DNA of 64,000 bases from assembly GCA_044229075.1 (NCBI GenBank), contig JBGATS010000004.1, positions 878-64,877 on the forward strand, given 5' to 3'. Positions 48,083 to 57,006 of this stretch are shown one piece after another (within the stretch, counting starts at the first letter, position 1; each line of letters opens with the position of its first letter). Both the position numbers and the translations under genes were made by a program. Under the pieces are notes generated by a model. The model worked only from the letters and a program-made list of their open reading frames with translations, ran no database searches and was not told where the DNA came from. Origin of the DNA: Minisyncoccia bacterium. GTDB taxonomy: Bacteria; Patescibacteriota; Minisyncoccia; Phycocordibacterales; UBA1006.

Positions 48083-48832
48083 TTATTGTTTTAATGAATT
48101 CCACATGATTTCAAAACTCTCTTTATGCATTTGAATGATAGTTGGGTCAGTTAAAACTGTTGCTGATGTAGGCTCGAGTAATCTATGTATCACTACTTTT
48201 TGAGGAATGATCACAAGATTAGTAGAAAGTGTTGTATTTTTTGGTAAGAAACGAATTTGCATATTATAATTTCTTTCAAACTGTTTATGTTTTCTAGCTG
48301 TTTCAGATTCAATAATTAATAATCGTATATTGATATTAAGCTTTGCACGGCGTGACATAAAATCTTCAAAGAATTCTTTATCTTTATCATACCATTCATG
48401 CTGATTTGAGATAACACAGTAATCCTGATGTGGTTGAATATTATTTAAGAGGTCATCATATACAGAACGTATAGCTTGGGTACCTGTATAAATTTTTGTA
48501 TCACCTGTTTTATTCTTAGTTTGATACTGTGCTAATAAGATTGGTAATATTCCTTCAAATGTTTTTGCCCGAGCGTTTAATAATTGCGATAGTTTCTGCG
48601 GATCTTCAACGATTAAAAACGATTTTAATCCCCTAACATCTTCAGAAACAAGGCCTTTTTGTTTTAACGACTCGATAATATGATAAATTGTAGTTCTTTT
48701 AATCTCTGTAACACGAGAAATTTTTAAAACCGTTGCTTCTCCTAACTGTAAAATCGCCAAATAAACCTTTGCTTCGAGCTCTGAAAGCCCAATATCGGTT
48801 ATTATTTTATAAATAGAATTGTTTTGTTTCAT
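48083..48832 (-). CDS. TrmB-family transcriptional regulator
   Basis: LSELEAKVYLAILQLGEATVLKISRVTEIKRTTIYHIIESLKQKGLV. Confidence 0.65.
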   Translation of the reverse strand: MKQNNSIYKIITDIGLSELEAKVYLAILQLGEATVLKISRVTEIKRTTIYHIIESLKQKGLVSEDVRGLKSFLIVEDPQKLSQLLNARAKTFEGILPILLAQYQTKNKTGDTKIYTGTQAIRSVYDDLLNNIQPHQDYCVISNQHEWYDKDKEFFEDFMSRRAKLNINIRLLIIESETARKHKQFERNYNMQIRFLPKNTTLSTNLVIIPQKVVIHRLLEPTSATVLTDPTIIQMHKESFEIMWNSLKQ

Positions 48833-48978
48833 AACTGTTAATTATTTGGTCAACATAATCGTGTTGTATATATTGTATTATATACCTAATTATCTTTTTT
48901 GTCGACATATATGACATAATTATAAAAACAAATTATAGTACCAAAAATAGTACATTGTAAACAATTAAAAAAATAATT

Positions 48979-49695
48979 ATGACAAACGCAGAAAAATCAA
49001 AGGTTTCCATGGAAGAACCGACAGCACCAGAAATATTCCACATTCATATTGATTCCCAGGATCCAGTTACAGATGATACAACCGCCTTTAATAATTGGGT
49101 AGTCAAAACATTAGGTTTCTATCATCACGATTTTATTGGTCATCCTGCTGGATATAAACATTTTGAACCATCTATTCATTCAACCTTTAAAACAAGAGAT
49201 AAGAATGAATTTGAAAAAGTTTGGAGTAAACTTGTTAATAAAGTAAAAGATTTTCCAAACATGTTTGGTTATCTGGAAGGTGAATACATTCCTACTGATA
49301 AAAGAATTGCATTTAAGCCGATTACTGAATTCTTTTTACCTAAGTTTTCGGTTTTGCGCAGAACATTAACTGAAATCGAAGAATTCAGGCAAACCGAATT
49401 TCACTTGGTATTGGATAATAAATATTCAGATCAGCGAGTTATTACTGCATTGTTAGATGCAGGTTTATATGGAGCAATACTGGATAAAAAAGACTATCAA
49501 GCAATTGTACTAACTGCACAAGGTCATCGTCGTATTATCCATCCGCTTATGAAAGAGGTAAAAGACTACTTAAACCGTGTTGGTGGTGTGGTGCGATGTA
49601 CTTTAAAAGAAGAGATTTCAATTCATGGTCACAAGGTGAATATTATCGAAGAAAAACTTCCTGAAATCGTAGATCAATTAATTCTTTTATCTTAA
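48979..49695 (+). CDS. Hypothetical protein
   Basis: 238 aa. Divergent from the TrmB-like gene. Confidence 0.4.
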   Translation: MTNAEKSKVSMEEPTAPEIFHIHIDSQDPVTDDTTAFNNWVVKTLGFYHHDFIGHPAGYKHFEPSIHSTFKTRDKNEFEKVWSKLVNKVKDFPNMFGYLEGEYIPTDKRIAFKPITEFFLPKFSVLRRTLTEIEEFRQTEFHLVLDNKYSDQRVITALLDAGLYGAILDKKDYQAIVLTAQGHRRIIHPLMKEVKDYLNRVGGVVRCTLKEEISIHGHKVNIIEEKLPEIVDQLILLS

Positions 49696-49957
49696 ATCTA
49701 ACTCAATAAAATGGATTATTATTCTAGATTGGGTAACTTCATTTTTGATTGTAGGAAATTTCTGGTATGCATCAGTTAAAAAAGAACGAGTTAATTCAAA
49801 AAGATATAATTGGTTTCAAATTATTGGAGGAGTTCTCATGATAACAACTGGATATTACAAGGGATTATACGGAATGATCTTTCGGCAATTATTTTTTGTA
49901 GTTATTGCAACCAGAAATCTTTTTAACCAAAAACCTAGAACATAAGTTCTAGGTTTT

Positions 49958-51667
49958 TTACTTCTTCACACCATGTTTCACGTGTAACTTCTTCACTTCT
50001 TCTTGTTCTTCTTGTTCCTTTCGTTCCTTTCCTGCTTCTCCGAGCTTTTTAAGATCTACATCTGAAAGTTTTTCAAATTCACCAACACGATTCGAAAGAT
50101 ATTCAATCGTGTTTTTTTCTGGATCTTCCAGAACTTCCTCGAGAAGTGCGTGTAACATCCATCCCATTCGTGGGCCTGGTTTCACGTGTAACTTGTTCAT
50201 CAGGTAATTTCCATCTACTTTCAATTGTGAAACACTGATTGGGTCACGCAGGCATTCCTCGATCATCGCAAAATATTTACGTAATCGATACGGTGCTTCG
50301 GTTTTATTCATTCCGACACGATCACATTCGCGGATCTGCATGAGCTGCCAGATTGGATGCTGAGTTGTTTCTCCTTCTCCTAAATTAGGAGAAGGTTGGG
50401 ATGAGGTCGTAACATTCGCAATCATCCTTCTTACAGCAGACAATGTAATTGATTCAGTATCACTGAAAAACATGTGCCATCTGACAAATTTCACAACCAG
50501 TTCCGTCTCGGCTTTTGGAAATTTCAATCGTTCCATTATTTTCTGCGCAATGCGTGCACCAACTACCTCGTGTCCATAAAATGTATAAGCTTTTTTACTA
50601 CCAGGTCGACGAGTTTTTGGTTTTCCAATATCGTGAAACAATGCTGCGAGTCGTATATGAAATGAGTATTTTTTATCAGCCGCATGTTGCAAAGCATGAA
50701 CTAGGTGATCAAACACATCATAAATATGTACACCGCCCTGAATACAACCAATACTTGGAATGATTTCAGGTAAAATAACGTCCAACAAACCTAATTGTTT
50801 CATGTGAAACAATGCAATGGCCGGGCTGTCCGAATTTATAATCTTGATAAACTCATCACGGATCCGTTCTGCAGAAATATTTTTAAGTAATTCTCGAGTT
50901 TCAATAATCGCATTCATTGTTTCATATGAAACAGTAAAACCAAGCTGCGCTGAAAATCTGATTGCCCGCATAATACGAAGCGCGTCTTCCCTGAATCGTT
51001 CAGTTGGGTCACCAACGGCAATAATCATTTGTTTTTCAATCGCCTGTTTCCCGTGAAACGGATCTATCAGCTGGAATGTTTCAAGGTCAATTGCGATTGC
51101 ATTCATCGTAAAATCACGTCGTGACAAATCGTCATAAATAGTGTCGCTAAAGGACACACTGTCAGGATGTCGGTTATCCGAATACGCCCCTTCTAATCGA
51201 TATGGAGTTATTTGAATGTCTCTGACAGAACTATCAATCAATTCATCTTCAAACACAATTGAAACAGTTCCAAACACGTTTTCATACACAACCTTAAAAT
51301 CGTTATCTTCAAACAGTTTCACAATTTGTTCAGGTTTTGCATTGGTGGTAATATCCCAGTCTTTTGGTTTATGTATACCTAGTGAAGCCTTGGTGAAATC
51401 TGGTGAAACATTATTTTTAATTCGTTTTTCTGGTAAATCTAAATCATCTCCTGATACTTCTGATGGTTTGAGTATTTGTTCGAACACTTGTTCTGGTTTC
51501 ACACTATCACCAGTTTCGAGTCGCGAAGAAATTGAAGAATTATTAGAAAAAACTATTTGGGAAATTAAGAGATCCCGCACACACCCACCAACAAGAAACG
51601 CTTCAAATCCAGCGGTTTTTAATGTTTCTGTTACACGTGAAACGTTTTTGGGAACAATAAAATTCAT
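49958..51667 (-). CDS. cca: tRNA nucleotidyltransferase (CCA-adding enzyme, HD-domain type) with a head-domain insertion of about 60 aa and a K/E-rich C-terminal tail
   Basis: GGCVRDLLI ... KPKDWDITT are separated by an insert. HD domain RLAALFHDIGKP. Six parS-like sites lie inside the CDS. Confidence 0.85.
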   Translation of the reverse strand: MNFIVPKNVSRVTETLKTAGFEAFLVGGCVRDLLISQIVFSNNSSISSRLETGDSVKPEQVFEQILKPSEVSGDDLDLPEKRIKNNVSPDFTKASLGIHKPKDWDITTNAKPEQIVKLFEDNDFKVVYENVFGTVSIVFEDELIDSSVRDIQITPYRLEGAYSDNRHPDSVSFSDTIYDDLSRRDFTMNAIAIDLETFQLIDPFHGKQAIEKQMIIAVGDPTERFREDALRIMRAIRFSAQLGFTVSYETMNAIIETRELLKNISAERIRDEFIKIINSDSPAIALFHMKQLGLLDVILPEIIPSIGCIQGGVHIYDVFDHLVHALQHAADKKYSFHIRLAALFHDIGKPKTRRPGSKKAYTFYGHEVVGARIAQKIMERLKFPKAETELVVKFVRWHMFFSDTESITLSAVRRMIANVTTSSQPSPNLGEGETTQHPIWQLMQIRECDRVGMNKTEAPYRLRKYFAMIEECLRDPISVSQLKVDGNYLMNKLHVKPGPRMGWMLHALLEEVLEDPEKNTIEYLSNRVGEFEKLSDVDLKKLGEAGKERKEQEEQEEVKKLHVKHGVKK

Positions 51668-51803
51668 AAATTACAATAACTTTAACTTTATCCAAAATAA
51701 TTTGTAACTTTTTGTTTCATGTGAAACAACTATTCATACTAATCAACCAAATAGTTAATACTTGACATATTAATATAAATATGCTAAAATTAGAATAAAA
51801 AAT

Positions 51804-51959
51804 ATGGAGAAAATAATAAATTGGCTGTGGAGAGCAGCCAGATGGGGTGGATGGTTTTCACTTCATCAATTATTAAAACTGATGTCCGCTCTTCTATTAT
51901 GGGCATCAGAACTTGCCACAACAGCATCAAAAGCTTGTGGCAGGAAAATCGGTATCTAA
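51804..51959 (+). CDS. Candidate small ORF (51 aa, Trp/Arg-rich amphipathic), convergent with pspC
   Basis: Preceded by TTGACA-N17-TGCTAAAAT at 51762-51790. MEKIINWLWRAARWGGWFSLHQLLKLMSALLLWASELATTASKACGRKIGI. Below the ORF-track size cutoff. Confidence 0.3.
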   Translation: MEKIINWLWRAARWGGWFSLHQLLKLMSALLLWASELATTASKACGRKIGI

Positions 51960-51974
51960 ATGGTTACCGATTTT

Positions 51975-52274
51975 TTATTTTTCTTTCTTTTCGTTTGATT
52001 CATCTGGAATATCTTTTTTTATGTCTTTTTCTTCTGTCTCTATTTCTTTTTCAATACTTTCTTTGTCTTTTAATTTTTCAGAGTCAAGTGATGTAGTTTT
52101 TGGTATAACAATCCAACAAATAATGTAAAACAAAATTCCTGCAAAAAGGGTTAGGATCGTAAAAAGAACGTATCCCAAGCGAATAACTGTAGTATCAATA
52201 TCAAAATATTCTGCAAAACCAGCAAGAACACCTGCAACGACTTTATCAGAATTTGAACGATATAGTTTTTTCAT
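51975..52274 (-). CDS. PspC-domain membrane protein
   Basis: MKKLYRSNSDKVVAGVLAGFAEYFDIDTTVIRLGYVLFTILT. The track ORF extends spuriously over the tRNA. Confidence 0.7.
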   Translation of the reverse strand: MKKLYRSNSDKVVAGVLAGFAEYFDIDTTVIRLGYVLFTILTLFAGILFYIICWIVIPKTTSLDSEKLKDKESIEKEIETEEKDIKKDIPDESNEKKEK

Positions 52275-52474
52275 ATGAATGATCATTATTAATTTTGAAT
52301 AAATATAATATATAGACAAAAAACTTCTCGAGGTTTGAATATTATACTCATACGAATACGAATTATTTCTACCGAAATCTAGTAAACTTCTACAAAAACA
52401 AAAGAAAGTTTTTGTTGTGGTAATAAAAATTTTCTCGAAGAATAAATTAATACTTTTTGTTCCACATATTTTTG

Positions 52475-52546
52475 TGCACCTGCCAGGACTCGAACCCAGA
52501 ATAACAGTTCCGAAGACTGCTGTGATATCCATTTCACCACAGGTGC
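52475..52546 (-). tRNA. tRNA-Arg (anticodon UCG)
   Basis: Minus-strand cloverleaf: acceptor GCACCTG/CAGGTGC, anticodon stem GCAGT/ACTGT with loop CTTCGGA, T-loop TTCGAGT. 72 nt. Confidence 0.65.
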
Positions 52547-52653
52547 AACAAAAGAAATAATAGCATAGATTTATAAAAAAATCAATTTATATAAGACATC
52601 GAGGTATTACACGTAGACAGAATTATTCAAGGACGTAAAAATTAATTACCCTA

Positions 52654-53175
52654 TTATCGGACAGAAAGATGTTCAATTCTCTCGAAAAGGTATTGATTAG
52701 TCTCTTTATCGAGATATACACCAATCCCGTCAATTTGCCAGCGTGTTTCACGGGAAACATTCCTGCTAGAAAGATATATTTCGGCTGTTTTTATGATTCG
52801 ATTCACCTTGAAATAGGATATATTTTGAAAAGGATTTTTTATTTTCCGATATTCTCTATCAAATTGCTCCCGAACATTTTCTGGTTGAGGTTTTTCTAAA
52901 CTAGTTTCACGGGAAACATTCTTATCGCGAAAAGAATATATCTCTCCGTTCATTGTTAACAGTTTTTTTGTAACAAGAGTTTCATGTGAAACAGTAATTG
53001 TCTTTACCTCGAAAAAATAATAACAATTATTTAATAATGCAATGATATCAATTTCACCAAATCTTGTAGAAAAATTTCTTTCAATAATCGAAAAACCTTG
53101 TTTCACGAGAAACATTTCCGCCTGATCTTCACCATTTTTCCCAATTTTTTGTTTTATTGAAGTAAAATTTTTCAT
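52654..53175 (-). CDS. yraN: YraN-family (UPF0102) endonuclease-like protein with a C-terminal extension. Contains 4 parS-like sites.
   Basis: GKNGEDQAEMFLVKQGFSIIERNFSTRFGEIDIIAL...YFFEVKT. Confidence 0.65.
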   Translation of the reverse strand: MKNFTSIKQKIGKNGEDQAEMFLVKQGFSIIERNFSTRFGEIDIIALLNNCYYFFEVKTITVSHETLVTKKLLTMNGEIYSFRDKNVSRETSLEKPQPENVREQFDREYRKIKNPFQNISYFKVNRIIKTAEIYLSSRNVSRETRWQIDGIGVYLDKETNQYLFERIEHLSVR

Positions 53176-53279
53176 AAATATTTGTGTTTCATATGAAACA
53201 TATATTATAAAAACTGATTATTTGATCAAAAATTATGTTTTCAATTTATTTTCACATATATAGTGTTTCACGTGAAACA

Positions 53280-53640
53280 TATATGATATACACAAGTATA
53301 TAAACTATTATAAAAAGACATTTTTTTCAGAAAAAACTATATGTAGCAAGGGTTTTTCTGATTATATTAGTATGACAGATAATTATTATCGACACAACAC
53401 TCCTCTCAAAAAGGACAATATTGACTGTCTTTTATAAACATATCCCACTGGTTTATCCACAGTTTTATTGAAAAATAAGCTTCAAAAAACACATCACGAT
53501 GAAAAAAATCATTTTTTGCAAATTATTTTAGACAACAGATTTTTTGTGTTTTCTTTTAAAAGGACACGTCCAAACCTATTGTATTGTGGATAACTCATTA
53601 ATTACAAAAAACTACTCAAATTGAGTAGTTTTTTGTAAAA
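53280..53640. promoter_or_regulatory. AT-rich intergenic region with DnaA boxes: candidate oriC
   Basis: Perfect TTATCCACA at 53453-53461. Perfect inverse TGTGGATAA at 53585-53593. TTATCGACA at 53387-53395. ATATCCCAC at 53441-53449. Flanked on the left by the parS array. Confidence 0.45.
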
Positions 53641-53641
53641 A

Positions 53642-53905
53642 TTATTTGAGGCCGATCTTCTTGAGAAGAACTTCGTATGCATCAAAATTTTTCTTTTTAA
53701 TGTATCCGAGAAGCTTTCGTCGTTCTGCAACCATTGCAATGAGTCCCCGACGAGAGTGGATGTCTTTTTTGTGGAGTTGCAAATGAGCGGTTAATTGATT
53801 GATTTGCTCACTGAGTAATGCAACCTGAACTTCTGGAGAACCGGTATTTGTTTCCGCCCCACCAAAGTCTTTCACAATTTTTGTTTTTGCTTGTTTTGTT
53901 AACAT
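53642..53905 (-). CDS. rpsO: 30S ribosomal protein S15
   Basis: MLTKQAKTKIVKDFGGAETNTGSPEVQVALLSEQINQLTAHLQLHKKDIHSRRGL. Confidence 0.9.
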   Translation of the reverse strand: MLTKQAKTKIVKDFGGAETNTGSPEVQVALLSEQINQLTAHLQLHKKDIHSRRGLIAMVAERRKLLGYIKKKNFDAYEVLLKKIGLK

Positions 53906-54036
53906 GAGGGTGTTATAGCATATTTTGAAACAAAAAGCAAGAATTTTATTCTCTGTATTTGGAAAATACCCCCACCAACATCATCTCTATATATACCTTG
54001 CAAAAGACCGATAACCAGGATATACTCGATACCATT

Positions 54037-54107
54037 GCAGGCATGGTTTAGTGGTAAAATACCTCCTTGCCAAGGAGGAGTCGGGGGTTCGATTCCCCCT
54101 GCCTGCA
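54037..54107 (+). tRNA. tRNA-Gly (anticodon GCC)
   Basis: Acceptor GCAGGCA/TGCCTGC, anticodon stem CCTCC/GGAGG with loop TTGCCAA, T-arm GGGGG-TTCGATT-CCCCC. Promoter TTGCAA-N17-TATACT upstream. Confidence 0.8.
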
Positions 54108-54302
54108 CAAACACAAATTTATATACATTTTAAAAACTTAATTTTTAGATTTCCAGGAAAAATCAATTGAAAATTTTATGGATTTTTAGCATATATTACC
54201 TATATACTATTTGTCGTTGTAAGAACTTTATTGTAGTTAAGGTGAGAATTTAAGACGAAATTATTGACAAAATTATAGAAGTATGCTAATATTAAAATAA
54301 AA

Positions 54303-55319
54303 ATGGGCGAAAGAAAAAATAAACACATCATATTGATGGTGTGTATAATTATGACTTTTTTGTTATTTTTAGTAAAAAATAACAAAAAAGATGTTGCAGA
54401 ACCAATTATTTCTGTAACAAAAAAATCTCCAGGAATTAAACGGGTGGAGATAGCGGGAAGTCGCTCATTTCTCAAGAAACGACCGTTGGGTAATTTTAAA
54501 TTCAAGGACAGTATTCCTGAACCTGAATTTAAAAACCTCGTCATGCTCGGTGAGATTGGGAAGTTTGGCTCAGATAATTTCGAAGGAAAAATTATCCGCA
54601 GTCTTCGCTTTCAAAATCTTACCAGGGAAGTTGAGAGGAGGTATAACCTTCCTGATAATATTCTCTTGGCAATGATCGTACAGGAATCTTCCGGTGCAGA
54701 CCTATTACCAAACGGGTTGGGTGATGGGGGGTTCGGTCTGTGTCACATGCAACCAATTGTAGCGCGGGAATTTGGGCTTTATACCTACAAAGCATGTAGT
54801 GCTATGGTTTGTAACGGAAAAGACAAAAGATCTTGCCTACGAAACGGTAAGCGGGTTGACCACGCATCGGAGCTGAGTGTGTTTATCTTAAAAAACAGGC
54901 TCGGCAGAAAAGGTGTTTACCATGTTGATGATAGGTTACACCCTATCTACAACATAGATGCCGCTGGGAGGATGATTGCCTACCACATAGCGGCAGAAAA
55001 ACAACTCCCAGGCATGGGACCCCTACGCACAGCCATTTGTCGGTATGCAGGGTCAACCAATTACTGTGCTTATTGGGATGCAGTGCGTATGGTAATGAAA
55101 AAATTAAATAACCCCGCTTATATTAAAAAGGTGGAGGCGTTATTTAACAATTCAAACAAAAATTTACAAATTAACGGGAAACCTGGTAATTTTCAAAAAT
55201 ATATCGAGGTTTCCCAGCAGCAACTGTATAATTATGGGCTATCAGAGTATGAAAAATTACCATACTGGTCTATAAAAAATACAGATATTGTACAAAAAAC
55301 CTACAAAAAATATATATAG
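54303..55319 (+). CDS. Membrane-anchored lytic transglycosylase (SLT domain)
   Basis: LLAMIVQESSGADLLPNGLGDGGFGLCHMQP. Confidence 0.65.
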   Translation: MGERKNKHIILMVCIIMTFLLFLVKNNKKDVAEPIISVTKKSPGIKRVEIAGSRSFLKKRPLGNFKFKDSIPEPEFKNLVMLGEIGKFGSDNFEGKIIRSLRFQNLTREVERRYNLPDNILLAMIVQESSGADLLPNGLGDGGFGLCHMQPIVAREFGLYTYKACSAMVCNGKDKRSCLRNGKRVDHASELSVFILKNRLGRKGVYHVDDRLHPIYNIDAAGRMIAYHIAAEKQLPGMGPLRTAICRYAGSTNYCAYWDAVRMVMKKLNNPAYIKKVEALFNNSNKNLQINGKPGNFQKYIEVSQQQLYNYGLSEYEKLPYWSIKNTDIVQKTYKKYI

Positions 55320-55496
55320 TAGGTATTGCTCCCTTTTTCAGAAGGGGGCTTTTTTATCTCATAAAATGAATCTCTCAGATGCAGAACACTTAGTGTATCA
55401 ACTTGAGCTTTGCATTAATTTATCCGTACAAAACAACGAAATATTTAAAGTATAAAAATACTGTTATTAAAATAAAAATCCTGCTATACTTTCACC

Positions 55497-56963
55497 ATGA
55501 AACAAGTCATCATTTTTCACGACGCCTTCTCAAATCCACTTTCTGCCTGGTATCAATCAGTACAGTCGATCATTCCTGATGGGTACACTTTTCTATCTCC
55601 GGAGCTTCCTGGCGGAACAGAACAAGGAATGACTTTTTGGATGCAAACATTTGAAAAAGTTCGCTCAGGATTCAACGACTCGACAATTGTTATCACGCAT
55701 GGAATAAGTACGTTTGCATGGCTCCGTTTTTTGGAAACCATGACTCAGCCAGTGCGCATGACTATTATTGTCGCCGGGTGTGACCAAGTTCCCGGACATC
55801 AAGTATTGGCACCTATTGCAAAAAGTTTTCTAACGAATCCGTTTAATTATTCACTCGTCACGAAAAATGCGGGGACTGTTATCCATATCACCAACACGTC
55901 TGATCCTTTTATATCGCCGACTCTTTCACGAGATTTACAATCTCATATATCAGGAGAAATGATTACCTTATCAGGGGTAGGACATTTCACGGAAACAACA
56001 GAAACGGAACTCATCCAAACACTACAATCTATTTTCCAAAAAACTACTGCTCATGATGCAGAGGTTGCACGTTTAAAACTGGAGCATCGCGCTCAGGCTG
56101 AAAAAGAAGAGCTTGCAAAATCACTTGTTCCCGGAGTTATTACCTATGACAGCACAAAGGCTCAGAGTTTGTCTGGGTATCAAGGGAAAGTTATCTCTGA
56201 ATTATTAGCAGAAGCACGTGAAGAAGATCTCTTGAAAAAAGAGCAGAGCCCAAAAAGTATAAAAAATGTTTTCTATATTTTGGGAACAATACTATTTTTA
56301 ATCGCTGGTGCATGGTTTATCATTTCCGCACTACAACGATACCAACCAAAAATTGCTCCAATAATCAACCGAGGCACACAATCGTATCAAAACACGATCA
56401 TGCAAGTTTCTGAATTTACCTCTTTTGATATTACCAACCTTGCAAGTTATGAAATTCTTAAAAATTTCAACGCACTTCAACAAAAAGAAATTCCTGAAAA
56501 ATCATTTTTTGCAATTGTTCCAAAAGTTAATGAAAAAATTCCACCGCTCGAAACTTTTTTTACGTCATTAGACATTCGGTCTCCTCTTGGATTTACCTCA
56601 AAGTCTCGTGACTACCTATATAGTTATTACAAACCAGAAGGAATTTCTGAGAAAATACCATTTCTCCTGATTCGTTTTGATGGTTATGAAATAATGCATA
56701 CACTCCTCTCTGGATGGGAACCACGAATGATTATCGAAACGAGAACCTTGTTTCAAAAAAAACAAGCTGAATTCGTAACCCAGCCCGAAGCATTTCCTTT
56801 TGAAGATGTGGTAATCAATAATATTGTACTCCGAAAAGGGTCACTCTCTACATCGGAATCACTATATTATGGATTTATTACGAATACTGTCCTGTTAATC
56901 ACTCCTAATCCAGCTGTTTTAGATCCTATTGTTCGATCGATGAATAATACTACTGCGCAATAA
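55497..56963 (+). CDS. Hypothetical fusion protein: N-terminal alpha/beta-hydrolase-like (RBBP9/YdeN-like) region, a central TM, and a C-terminal domain of unknown function
   Basis: IIFHDAFSNPLSAWYQ...IVITHGISTFAWLRFLE. TM NVFYILGTILFLIAGAWFIISAL. Leaderless promoter TGCTATACT is 6 nt before the ATG. Confidence 0.45.
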   Translation: MKQVIIFHDAFSNPLSAWYQSVQSIIPDGYTFLSPELPGGTEQGMTFWMQTFEKVRSGFNDSTIVITHGISTFAWLRFLETMTQPVRMTIIVAGCDQVPGHQVLAPIAKSFLTNPFNYSLVTKNAGTVIHITNTSDPFISPTLSRDLQSHISGEMITLSGVGHFTETTETELIQTLQSIFQKTTAHDAEVARLKLEHRAQAEKEELAKSLVPGVITYDSTKAQSLSGYQGKVISELLAEAREEDLLKKEQSPKSIKNVFYILGTILFLIAGAWFIISALQRYQPKIAPIINRGTQSYQNTIMQVSEFTSFDITNLASYEILKNFNALQQKEIPEKSFFAIVPKVNEKIPPLETFFTSLDIRSPLGFTSKSRDYLYSYYKPEGISEKIPFLLIRFDGYEIMHTLLSGWEPRMIIETRTLFQKKQAEFVTQPEAFPFEDVVINNIVLRKGSLSTSESLYYGFITNTVLLITPNPAVLDPIVRSMNNTTAQ

Positions 56964-57006
56964 TTATTATTGTACAATTATAAAAATGTGCTACACTTAC
57001 TATCTC

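Larger units (their letters stand above)
49974..53279. repeat. Array of 13 parS-type 16-bp palindromes (consensus TGTTTCACGTGAAACA) at 49974, 50178, 50796, 50918, 51045, 51629, 51713, 52745, 52903, 52978, 53099, 53185 and 53264
   Basis: Perfect palindromes: 50796-50811 and 51713-51728 (TGTTTCATGTGAAACA), 50918-50933 and 53185-53200 (TGTTTCATATGAAACA), 53264-53279 (TGTTTCACGTGAAACA). The others have 1-3 mismatches. Most lie inside cca and yraN, read as VS[RHY]ET or [LM]FH[VMG]K. Confidence 0.8.

Noticed and set aside
49974-53279. Considered whether the repeated GTTTCACGTGAAAC motifs form a CRISPR array
   Set aside because: Units are 16-bp perfect palindromes with irregular spacing (75-1020 bp). 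They are mostly inside conserved protein-coding genes and match the parS consensus exactly. There is no repeat-spacer periodicity and no cas genes.
49974-53279. Considered Noc-binding sites (NBS, ATTTCCCGGGAAAT) instead of parS
   Set aside because: Every copy has the parS-type G at position 2 (tGTTTCA...) and an A or T at the central positions. None has the NBS TATTTCCC half-site. A few hybrids (CACGGG, CCCGTG) are single-mismatch parS variants.
53280-53640. rRNA or other large structured RNA gene in the 360-bp AT-rich gap
   Set aside because: The sequence is extremely AT-rich and low-complexity with DnaA boxes. It has no rRNA-like conserved segments.
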